Assembly: GCA_035620375.1 (NCBI GenBank)
Contig: DASPGX010000006.1
Coordinates: 6,156-70,155 of the forward strand
Source: Minisyncoccota bacterium
GTDB lineage: Bacteria; Patescibacteriota; Minisyncoccia; 2-02-FULL-40-12; GWA2-44-9
Direction of reading: 5' to 3'
DNA length: 64,000 nt
Shown: one piece after another, positions 49,142 through 56,893 of the stretch
Position numbering within the stretch: position 1 is the first letter of the stretch
Layout of the letters: the number at the start of each line of letters is the position of its first letter
The notes under the pieces: model-generated
What the model saw: only the letters and a program-made list of their open reading frames with translations
Told to the model about the DNA's origin: nothing
Databases searched by the model: none
Made by a program: the position numbers and the translations under genes

Positions 49142-50440
49142 CTAATACCTCGGCTGTTTGCTGAAGGTACCGGTGTAGCCGAAGATGCGCTTGAACCGCT
49201 CCACGTCTTCGGGCTTGCCCATGGCCTTGTCCAGGTTGTCCGAGAGCTTCACGGTTTTGTGTCCGTTGCACTCCAGGAGTTTCATGACCAGGGACAGCGG
49301 CTCCAGATCCGGACCGAAATCGTTGGTCAGGTTGGTGCCCCAGCCGAACGTCACGGTGATGCGGCCGGAGAACCGCTCGTACAGCTCGCGGATGGTGTCC
49401 ACGTCCAGGCCGTCCGAGAAGACGATGAGCTTGGTACGCGGACTCACGCCGACTGACTCGTAGTACCGGATGAGCTTCTCGCCGTAGGCGAACGGGTCTC
49501 CCGAGTCCTGCCGCGTGCCTTTCCAGGCCGCGGCGCGCTCGGGGCCGAATGACTTCAGGAAGAAGTCCGTCCCGTACGTGTCCGACAGGGCCACCGACAG
49601 CGGCTGGGCGAAGTGTTCGTACCAGCGGTCAAACGTCGCGTTCTGGCTGGCCACGATGTCCTCGTTGCTGCCGTGCATGATGCCGGACATCCCCATGACC
49701 AGCTCGTGGGCGAACGTGCCCATGGGCACCGTGTGGTTTTCCATGGAGAGCATCACGTTGCTCGTGCCGCGGTACTGCGCCGGCCCCAGCTCGTTGAGCA
49801 GGACCTCGTTGACGTACCGCTGCCATGCCAGACAGGCGCGGCGGCGGGTGCCGAAGTCCACGATCGTAATGCCCGGGTACCGCTTGAGGATGTTGACCTT
49901 CTCCAGTAGACGGCTCTGCGCCTGGGCCCACACGCACTGCCGCTCGAACGGCGACAGCTTGGCGATGCAGTGCTCGAAGTACAGCTGGGCCACGACCTGC
50001 AGGACATGAATCTCCCACAGGGTCACCTCAAACCAGGAACCGCGGGCCTCGATGCTGTACGTCCCGTTGATTTCCCTGGTGAGCCGGTAGTCCGGCAGGC
50101 GGTAGTCACGGAGCGCGTCCACGAACGGCTGCTCGAACATCCGTCGGTTCACCTCGCCGTCCGCCGTCGTCTCGCTGGCGAAATGGCCGCCGAGGTACCG
50201 CAGCTCGGTCTCGTTGAACGACAGCGTCCGCGCATGGTCCAGCTCGCGCCTGATGTCCTCCTCGCGGAGAATGTGGCCGAGCTCCACGCGGGACGTGCGG
50301 TTCTTGAAGGCGAACTGCACCTGCGCGTGATGCATGTCCGGACGCGCATGGATGAGCGCCAGCATACTGAGCTTGTAGAAGTCATCGTCCGCCAGCGAGG
50401 TGACGATGGGACCTTCTCTGCGGAACGGGTCGTGCAGCAC
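49142..50440 (-). CDS. pncB: nicotinate phosphoribosyltransferase
   Basis: DFYKLSM, DFGTRRR, GTSN, GTFAHE, RQDSGDP, FSDGL, KLSDN. Confidence 0.95.
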   Translation of the reverse strand: MLHDPFRREGPIVTSLADDDFYKLSMLALIHARPDMHHAQVQFAFKNRTSRVELGHILREEDIRRELDHARTLSFNETELRYLGGHFASETTADGEVNRRMFEQPFVDALRDYRLPDYRLTREINGTYSIEARGSWFEVTLWEIHVLQVVAQLYFEHCIAKLSPFERQCVWAQAQSRLLEKVNILKRYPGITIVDFGTRRRACLAWQRYVNEVLLNELGPAQYRGTSNVMLSMENHTVPMGTFAHELVMGMSGIMHGSNEDIVASQNATFDRWYEHFAQPLSVALSDTYGTDFFLKSFGPERAAAWKGTRQDSGDPFAYGEKLIRYYESVGVSPRTKLIVFSDGLDVDTIRELYERFSGRITVTFGWGTNLTNDFGPDLEPLSLVMKLLECNGHKTVKLSDNLDKAMGKPEDVERFKRIFGYTGTFSKQPRY

Positions 50441-50441
50441 G

Positions 50442-51050
50442 TTACGCCTCCTCCTCGGCGATGACCTGTGCGGTCGTGGTGAGGATGGCGCCCGCGGCGC
50501 GCATCTCCTCCAGGGCACGGTCGCCGTCACCGGGGTTCACGTCGACCGCTGCGACGGCGTCGGTGAGGACGCGTACCCGTCTGATGAACGGGAGCCGGCA
50601 TGCGTCCAGGACGCCGTCCTTGTCGCAGTAGTCGGTCGCCAGACCGCCGAGAAGCACGTCGTCCACACCTGCGTCTTCCAGGAACTGCACCGAGGTCCTG
50701 CCGTCGGGAACGTAGGCGTTCGCGCAAAGCGGGGAGTATCCGTCCTCGTCGTCGCGCATCGCCTTGGAGACGATGACCGCGTTCCGGCTGACCCTGAGGT
50801 CGTCGTGGAACTCGGCCCCGCGCGTGCCCTGGACGCAGTGCACGGGCCAGGGACCGCCGAACTCCGCGAAGTGGGTGGTCCGGCGGGGATGCCAGTCGCG
50901 GCTGATGAGCACCAGCCAGCCCTTGCGTTCCGCCAGGTCCTGCATCGCGTTGAGCGGACCCATTACGGCGTCGCCTCCCGCGACGGGCAGGGCGCCGCCC
51001 GGACAGAAGTCCTTCTGGGGGTCCACAATAATCAGCGCTGTTTTCGGCAT
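50442..51050 (-). CDS. pncA: nicotinamidase/pyrazinamidase
   Basis: VDPQKDF.PGGAL, DWHP, WPVHCV, GLATDYC. Confidence 0.93.
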   Translation of the reverse strand: MPKTALIIVDPQKDFCPGGALPVAGGDAVMGPLNAMQDLAERKGWLVLISRDWHPRRTTHFAEFGGPWPVHCVQGTRGAEFHDDLRVSRNAVIVSKAMRDDEDGYSPLCANAYVPDGRTSVQFLEDAGVDDVLLGGLATDYCDKDGVLDACRLPFIRRVRVLTDAVAAVDVNPGDGDRALEEMRAAGAILTTTAQVIAEEEA

Positions 51051-51100
51051 GGCTTGCCTTCCTTTCAAAATGTACGGTACACCGGCCGCTTCGGGCTCGG

Positions 51101-51121
51101 ATAGTGTACTGTATACACTAT
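51101..51121. promoter_or_regulatory. NrtR-type operator 1 (pncA-pncB)
   Basis: ATAGTGT-ACTGTAT-ACACTAT; overlaps -10 TATAGT of a TTGCAT-17-TATAGT promoter on the minus strand. Confidence 0.85.
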
Positions 51122-51150
51122 ATACCCCCCGGCTCGGGAATGCAAGCGGC

Positions 51151-51177
51151 AAAAAGCCCCTCCGTTTCCGGAGGGGC
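51151..51177 (-). terminator. intrinsic terminator after the NUDIX fusion gene
   Basis: GCCCCTCCG-GAAA-CGGAGGGGC-TTTTT on the minus strand. Confidence 0.75.
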
Positions 51178-51182
51178 CGTTG

Positions 51183-52205
51183 TCAGATGAGCCCGCGTGA
51201 GTGCAGGACGGGCAATGCCGCCAGGAGCTTCATGTCCACGAGCTGGTTCGCGGGCGGACGCTCCACGAACTCCACCAGGCCGTCCAGCGGGACGAGCAGT
51301 GTACGCAGGTCCTCGCTGCTTTCCAATTGCGGCTCGTGCAGCTGCACGACGTCCTTGGTGAAGAACACCGACATGACGTCGCTGCTGGCGCCGGCATTGA
51401 ACGGTCCCCGGAGGACCAGTTCCATCGGAGTGCCTCCGCCGTACCCGGTTTCCTCGGCCAGCTCGCGTTCGGCGAGCTTTTCGGCCGGTTCGCCGTCCCG
51501 GTCGGCAAGTCCCGCCGGCTTCTCTACGACCCACGCGTCATGCGGGACGCGGTAGGAGCTGACCAGGACGACCTGCCGGTCGCGGGTGAGCGCGAACACG
51601 GAGACGATGTCGCCGAACGTATTCCGGCGCACCGTTTCGTACCAGCGGACCTTACCGAGCTTATCCAGGTACTTCGTCGTCTCCACGCGGACATAGCCGC
51701 CGTTCCAGGCGACGGGCCGCGATAGGATGCGCTCTGAGCCGGTAGGCAGGGTCGCCTGCGCCACCGCCGCGCCGACGGCGCCCTGCAGTGACCATGAGTA
51801 GGGGATGCCGTACTCGTGACTGGCCGCTTCCCAGTACTGCATGTGCGGCGCATGGCGCGGAGCTCCGACGACCGCCTTGCCCGAGCGCATGAACATGCCG
51901 AACTCCACATTGGTGGTCATCGCCGGCATGGTGACCATGTCCCGGGGAACCCAGAACAGGACGACGTCCGCACGGTTCAGCCACCGGTGCTCCCAGCGGA
52001 CCTGCTCGGCATACTCCGGCCATCCGTCGCCCGGCGCGGGTTCGGGAACGATGACATTCCCGTTGAATCCCGTGTCTGCCAGTATCTGAAGAGCGGCGGG
52101 CCGCCACGAGGGGACCGGCCGTTCTTTGCGCGGGGTCGGCCCCGCCAGGAAGATGGTGGGCAGCCGCGCGTCGCGCGGCTCACCCGGAGTGTATACGATG
52201 TCCAT
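51183..52205 (-). CDS. nucleoside 2-deoxyribosyltransferase-like domain fused to an ADP-ribose pyrophosphatase-type NUDIX domain
   Basis: IFLAGPTPR, SWR, QV.WE, FW.PR, TN.EFG; NUDIX box PAGL...E....A.RELAEETGY. Confidence 0.82.
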   Translation of the reverse strand: MDIVYTPGEPRDARLPTIFLAGPTPRKERPVPSWRPAALQILADTGFNGNVIVPEPAPGDGWPEYAEQVRWEHRWLNRADVVLFWVPRDMVTMPAMTTNVEFGMFMRSGKAVVGAPRHAPHMQYWEAASHEYGIPYSWSLQGAVGAAVAQATLPTGSERILSRPVAWNGGYVRVETTKYLDKLGKVRWYETVRRNTFGDIVSVFALTRDRQVVLVSSYRVPHDAWVVEKPAGLADRDGEPAEKLAERELAEETGYGGGTPMELVLRGPFNAGASSDVMSVFFTKDVVQLHEPQLESSEDLRTLLVPLDGLVEFVERPPANQLVDMKLLAALPVLHSRGLI

Positions 52206-52208
52206 GGG

Positions 52209-53261
52209 TTACTCCTTGATGCCCAGCCGTGCGCACAGGCGTTCGGCGGTGTCCAGGATGCGTTCGCGGTGCGCCAGGCCGGCGACGAGATGCTCCGGGA
52301 ACAGCGCGGCGCCGTGCACGGCGCCCAGCATGCCGCCGACGATGGACGCGTTGGTGTCCGTATCCCCGCCGGCACTGATGGTGTCATAGAGCGTTTCCAC
52401 GCTGTCCGGATTGCGCAGGAACATGCCGTAGCAGAAGGGGAGCGTGAAGTTGACATGAAACCGGTCGCCGCCGAGGGTCGCATCCCATGCCTGGGGTGTG
52501 ACGAACGGCAGCATCGTTTTGAACGCGTTCAGGCCTTCCAGCCGCCAGTACAACTCCTGGCCGTGGTGCGAGACCGGACCGAAATCCGGTACGCCGTCCA
52601 GGGTTTCCACGATCTCACTGACCAGATACCGTCCGATGAGACCGGAGTGGCGCCGGGAGGAGAACGTCAGACAGAGGGCGATAGCCGATGCGTGCGCCAC
52701 GGCCGACATCCCGCCGACGTCGGTGCCGTGTGTCATGTGCGCCAAAGCGATGATGTCATGCTCCAGTCCTTCCCAGGACTGCCGGGGCCCGTCCCAGGGT
52801 CCGGGGGACGCCAGATACAGGCCGACAGGCGCCACCTTCATGGGCAGGGCATTTCCCATGCCCCGCTTGGGGTTGTTGCTGATGCCTGATTCCGTGGGCT
52901 TCTCGCCCTCGCGCAGGCGCCGCAAAGCGTCCCGCGTAGAACCTCCAAGACCGAGGTCGCCGAACTCGTCCAAAAGGACGAGGTGCCACTTCGCCTGGTT
53001 CTCCAGGTCCAGGCGCCCCGTCTCGATGATGCTCTCGGCGACGGCCAGCGTCAGCTGGGTGTCATCCGACCACATGCCCGCCGGTTTTTCCGAGGACCAC
53101 TTGTGGGTCGGGTTCTGCCGGTAATCGGTGATGCGTCCGAACTCCGTCCGGATGCGGCCCGCGTCGTACGTTTCCACGGGAACGCCCAGAGCATCGCCGA
53201 TGGCGACGCCCAGAAACATGCCCCGGACCTGGTCACGGACCGGCGAATCTCCCAGTCGCAT
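52209..53261 (-). CDS. ADP-ribosylglycohydrolase (DraG/ARH family)
   Basis: G.AIGDALG, WSDDTQLT, GNA..M, TH, GGDTDTNASI.G. Confidence 0.93.
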   Translation of the reverse strand: MRLGDSPVRDQVRGMFLGVAIGDALGVPVETYDAGRIRTEFGRITDYRQNPTHKWSSEKPAGMWSDDTQLTLAVAESIIETGRLDLENQAKWHLVLLDEFGDLGLGGSTRDALRRLREGEKPTESGISNNPKRGMGNALPMKVAPVGLYLASPGPWDGPRQSWEGLEHDIIALAHMTHGTDVGGMSAVAHASAIALCLTFSSRRHSGLIGRYLVSEIVETLDGVPDFGPVSHHGQELYWRLEGLNAFKTMLPFVTPQAWDATLGGDRFHVNFTLPFCYGMFLRNPDSVETLYDTISAGGDTDTNASIVGGMLGAVHGAALFPEHLVAGLAHRERILDTAERLCARLGIKE

Positions 53262-53275
53262 AATTACCTTCCTTT

Positions 53276-53296
53276 TTAGTGTACGAGATACACTAT
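53276..53296. promoter_or_regulatory. NrtR-type operator 2 (ARH-NUDIX operon)
   Basis: TTAGTGT-ACGAGAT-ACACTAT; overlaps the edge of the -10 of a TTGAAT-17-TAATAT promoter on the minus strand. Confidence 0.85.
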
Positions 53297-53319
53297 ATTA
53301 TCACCGCGGAGGGCCGGAT

Positions 53320-53856
53320 TCAAGAGGACGGACCACCCGGCGAGAACTCGGAGGCGAGAAGACCCATGCGCACAATATCGTGGTATTCGCCCTGCCAGAA
53401 ATATTCCTCGCGGAGGACGCCTTCTTGCCGGAAGCCCAATTTTTCGTAAATATGCAGCCCCTTTTTGTTTTCAGCCCAGACCATAAGCCACACCTTATTG
53501 AGCCCGAATTCGCCGAACGCTTTCTCCAGGAGCAGTCCAAGCGCGTGTTGCGCATAGCCCATGCCTGAGTGCTCCGGTTTGATGAAGAGTGACAATCTGC
53601 CGAGCTTGTTCTCCCAGCTGATCTGATTCACGGCCGTCTGTCCGACGTACGCCCCGTTGCCGGAACGGAAGATGGAAAACACACGGTCGTTAGGACTGGC
53701 GATGAGTCGTCCGATGAACGCCGCTTCCTCCTCCCGTGAAATGGAACGGTCGAAATGCTGGAAATTTTTGACGACGTCCGGGTCATTGACCCACGTCATC
53801 ACGTCGTCCAGGTGCTCGGCGGCCAGAGGCCGTAATTCCAAGCTTGAAGTGTTCAT
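53320..53856 (-). CDS. GNAT N-acetyltransferase (RimJ/RimL/SpeG-like)
   Basis: LRPL, W.ND, G.GYA, N......YEKLGF..EG.LR. Confidence 0.88.
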   Translation of the reverse strand: MNTSSLELRPLAAEHLDDVMTWVNDPDVVKNFQHFDRSISREEEAAFIGRLIASPNDRVFSIFRSGNGAYVGQTAVNQISWENKLGRLSLFIKPEHSGMGYAQHALGLLLEKAFGEFGLNKVWLMVWAENKKGLHIYEKLGFRQEGVLREEYFWQGEYHDIVRMGLLASEFSPGGPSS

Positions 53857-53869
53857 CGGTATTTATGAT

Positions 53870-54042
53870 TGACCGGATATGCGCTTGCGCGAGGCCGAGG
53901 CACGGGGAATGCGGCGAGGGAGTCGTACTCAACGTACGTCGACCGAGCCGCAGGGGCCCCGTAACGAAGGTATCGCGCAAGCCCGGAGGGTCCGGCCTGG
54001 CAGGGCATCAGTCCCGCCCTGAGGCCGGACGCGCGCCGGTCA
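53870..54042. mobile_element. palindromic MITE/RPE-like element
   Basis: TGACCGG/CCGGTCA ends; nested stems CTTGCGCGA/TCGCGCAAG, ACGGGG/CCCCGT, TGCGGC/GCCGCA, CGTAC/GTACG. Confidence 0.5.
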
Positions 54043-54714
54043 GAGCGCTTTAGTGAGTTCCGTCGGCTGCTTGGAGACAAACGCATACAGCCGTGCCGGC
54101 CGGCGCTGGCCGCCCTTCGTGGTGCGGCCCGTGGACCGGATGAGTCCCAGGGACAGGAATTTCTTGCGGAAGTTCCGTTTGTCCAGCTTCCGGCCGAGCA
54201 CCGCCTCGTACACGCGCTGAAGTTCGGTCAGCGTGAACGTCCGGGGGAGCAGGGAATAAGCCGCGTTCGTGTAGCCGAGTTTGGCGCGTACGCGCTTGAG
54301 CGCGTAGCCGATGATGCGCTTATGGTCAAACGCCAACTTGGGCGGCCGCGAAGCCGGAAACAGCGTGGGCGACTGCAGCGTTGCCGATGTCCGCGGCTTG
54401 AGCCGGGAAACCGGCACCAGGGCGACGTAGGCGACCGAAGGGATGTCTCCCCGCGGGTCACGGCCGGACGAGTCGAACGTATACAACTGTTCCACATACA
54501 CGCCCCGTACTCCCGACTTCTCGCGCAGGACGCGCTCCACCGTTCCCGTCAGCGTTTCTCCGGTTCTCGGAAATCCTCCCGGAAGCGCCCAGGCGCCTTT
54601 GAACGGCACCTTTGCACGCTTAATAAGGAGGACGTTGAGCGCGTCATCGTGCACGGTGAAAACAACCACGTCCGTGGAGATGGAGAGTTCGCGGTATCCG
54701 GGAAAACGTTTCAT
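54040..54714 (-). CDS. nrtR: NrtR NUDIX-wHTH transcriptional regulator
   Basis: WALPGGF, EQLYTF, RDPR, LAFDH, FTLTELQ..YE, NFRKK; degenerate NUDIX box. Confidence 0.92.
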   Translation of the reverse strand: MKRFPGYRELSISTDVVVFTVHDDALNVLLIKRAKVPFKGAWALPGGFPRTGETLTGTVERVLREKSGVRGVYVEQLYTFDSSGRDPRGDIPSVAYVALVPVSRLKPRTSATLQSPTLFPASRPPKLAFDHKRIIGYALKRVRAKLGYTNAAYSLLPRTFTLTELQRVYEAVLGRKLDKRNFRKKFLSLGLIRSTGRTTKGGQRRPARLYAFVSKQPTELTKAL

Positions 54715-54724
54715 GATATGTATG

Positions 54725-56683
54725 TTACTTCGTCGCGTTCAACTCGGCCAGCCACGCGTCGGCCCCGACGTCCGACGGCATCCGCCAGTCCCCGCGCGGG
54801 GAAAGGGCGACCGAGCCGACCTTGGGACCGTCAGGCATCACCGAGCGCTTGAACTGGTTGCCGAAGAACCGCGCGATGAAGACCTTCAGCCATTTTGTGA
54901 TGACCGCCGGGCGGTAGGTGTCCCTGAATGCCTGCTCGGCGAGCCAGCGGACTTTGCGCGGGTCCGAGCCCCAGCGCTGGGAGTGATACAGGAAGAAGTC
55001 GTGCAGTTCGTAGGGGCCGATGATGTCCTCCGTCTTCTGGCCGATGTCCTGGCCGTTCCGGTTCGCCAGTTCCGGCGATACCGGCGTGTCCAGAACGTCC
55101 AGCAGGGCCCGCCGCGCGCGTGAGAATTCCTTCTGTTCGGCCGCCCAGGCGACCACGTAGCGCACAAGCGTCTTGGGAACCGACGCGTTCACGCCGTAGT
55201 GGCTGATGTGGTCGCCGTTGAACGTGCACCATCCCAGAGCGATTTCCGAGAGGTCCCCGGTTCCCACGACGATGCCGCCTTTCTGGTTGGCGCGGTCGAA
55301 CAGCAGCATCGTCCGGTACCGGGCCTGTGCGTTCTCAAACGTAACATCCTCCGTTTTTCCGTCATGGCCCAAATCCGCCAGATGCCGGCGCACGCCCTTG
55401 GTGATGTCGATTTCATCCAGCGTGACGCCGAGCGCGTTGGCCAGCGCGTAGGCATTGCCCTTGGTCCGGCGCGACGTGGCGAATCCCGGCATCGTCAGGC
55501 AGTTGAGGTTCCGCGCCGGAAGACCCGAGATGCGCAATGCGCGGACGGCCACCAATAGCGCGAGCGTGGAATCCAGTCCGCCGGAGAGCCCGAGAACAAG
55601 CTTGCCGGAGCCCGCGACGCGCATCCGGCGCGCAAGGCCGGCAGCCTGTATGGCGAGAATCTCCCGGGCCCGCCGGTCGCGTTCAGCGGGGTCCGACGGA
55701 ACGAACGGATGAGCGTCAATGAATCGCGCCGTCGACGTCTGTGTCGCCGGACGCACGGGAACCTCAATCCGCCGCCACTGCGCGGCGGGAAGATGATGCA
55801 GGCTCTCCTTGAAACTGGTCGTTCTCCGGCGTTCCAGCATCAGGTGCTGGACGTCCACGTCGGTGACCGCCATGGACGGGCCGGGGATGAAGCGCTCGGT
55901 CTGCGCGAGCACCGAGCCGTTCTCGGCGATGACCGCGTGTCCTCCGAACACCACGTCCGTCGTGCTTTCACCGGCACCGCACGACGTGTAGATGTAGGCG
56001 GACATCGTACGCGCGGACTGCTGGCGGATGAGCTCCAGGCGGTAATCCGCCTTACCGACCAAATCATTGGATGCCGAAAGATTAACGATAACCGTCGCTC
56101 CGGCCAGAGCGGCGGCGGTGCTCGGGGGCAGGGGAGCCCACAGGTCCTCGCAAATTTCCACGGCGAGCATCGCGCCGGGCAGCGCGGGTATGTCGAACAG
56201 CAGGTCGGTGCCGACGGGAACATCACGGCCGCCGAAACGGACCGTGTTTTGCGGAAGATCGCGGGCCGAAGCGAACCACCGCTCTTCATAGAACTCCTTA
56301 TAGTTGGGGATGTACGTCTTGGGCACGATTCCGAGCACCCGGCCTCCGTGCAGAATCGCGGCGCAGTTGTACAGCGCCCCGCCGATCTGCAACGGCAAAC
56401 CGACGGCGGTAAGCGCACGGACGCGTGCGGTGCGCCGCGCAAGCTCCGCAAGACCGGCGCGGGACCGGGCGAGCAGGGTCTCCTGGTGGAACAGGTCGCC
56501 CGCCGTATAGCCGGTCAGCGCGAGCTCGGGTAGCACGATGACGGCCGCTCCGGCGTCCGCCGCGCGTTTCACCGCAGCCGCGCAATGCCCGACATTTGCG
56601 GGGACGTCTGCCACGGCGACATCGGGAACGGCGGCGGCGACCCGCAGGAGTCCGAATGCAGTGATGGAATCGCGTATCGGCAT
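54725..56683 (-). CDS. nadE: glutamine-dependent NAD+ synthetase
   Basis: nitrilase domain (PEL, PNYKEFYE, EICED) plus GLSGGLDS, ENAQAR, GTGDLSE. Confidence 0.96.
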   Translation of the reverse strand: MPIRDSITAFGLLRVAAAVPDVAVADVPANVGHCAAAVKRAADAGAAVIVLPELALTGYTAGDLFHQETLLARSRAGLAELARRTARVRALTAVGLPLQIGGALYNCAAILHGGRVLGIVPKTYIPNYKEFYEERWFASARDLPQNTVRFGGRDVPVGTDLLFDIPALPGAMLAVEICEDLWAPLPPSTAAALAGATVIVNLSASNDLVGKADYRLELIRQQSARTMSAYIYTSCGAGESTTDVVFGGHAVIAENGSVLAQTERFIPGPSMAVTDVDVQHLMLERRRTTSFKESLHHLPAAQWRRIEVPVRPATQTSTARFIDAHPFVPSDPAERDRRAREILAIQAAGLARRMRVAGSGKLVLGLSGGLDSTLALLVAVRALRISGLPARNLNCLTMPGFATSRRTKGNAYALANALGVTLDEIDITKGVRRHLADLGHDGKTEDVTFENAQARYRTMLLFDRANQKGGIVVGTGDLSEIALGWCTFNGDHISHYGVNASVPKTLVRYVVAWAAEQKEFSRARRALLDVLDTPVSPELANRNGQDIGQKTEDIIGPYELHDFFLYHSQRWGSDPRKVRWLAEQAFRDTYRPAVITKWLKVFIARFFGNQFKRSVMPDGPKVGSVALSPRGDWRMPSDVGADAWLAELNATK

Positions 56684-56702
56684 AGTGTATTTTATACACT
56701 AA
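56682..56702. promoter_or_regulatory. NrtR-type operator 3 (nadE-nrtR)
   Basis: ATAGTGT-ATTTTAT-ACACTAA between -10 TAGAAT (TTGACA-17-TAGAAT) and the ATG. Confidence 0.88.
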
Positions 56703-56729
56703 TTCTATGCCTGCGGGGCCGGTATGTCA

Positions 56730-56862
56730 ACCCCACACCCATGCGGCCAGATTGCTTCCGGCCGCTCATGAAAAGGACTCGGTTAGTCCTCGCGTCGGTT
56801 GCGCCCGGGCCTGACGAGGTATGCGCACGAAGCATCGGGGCGGCTGGCCGATGGGTGAGGGT
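56730..56862. repeat. 133-nt palindromic element related to 19705-19838
   Basis: ACCCCACACCCATGCGGCCAG / CTGGCCGATGGGTGAGGGT imperfect terminal inverted repeat. Confidence 0.55.
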
Positions 56863-56893
56863 CAAGCTCCCGGATTTCTGATAGCATGGGCGC

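Noticed and set aside
56811-56833. CTGACGAG...CGAAG hammerhead-like core
   Set aside because: GAAG instead of GAAA, no convincing stem II, and better explained as the interior of the palindromic element.
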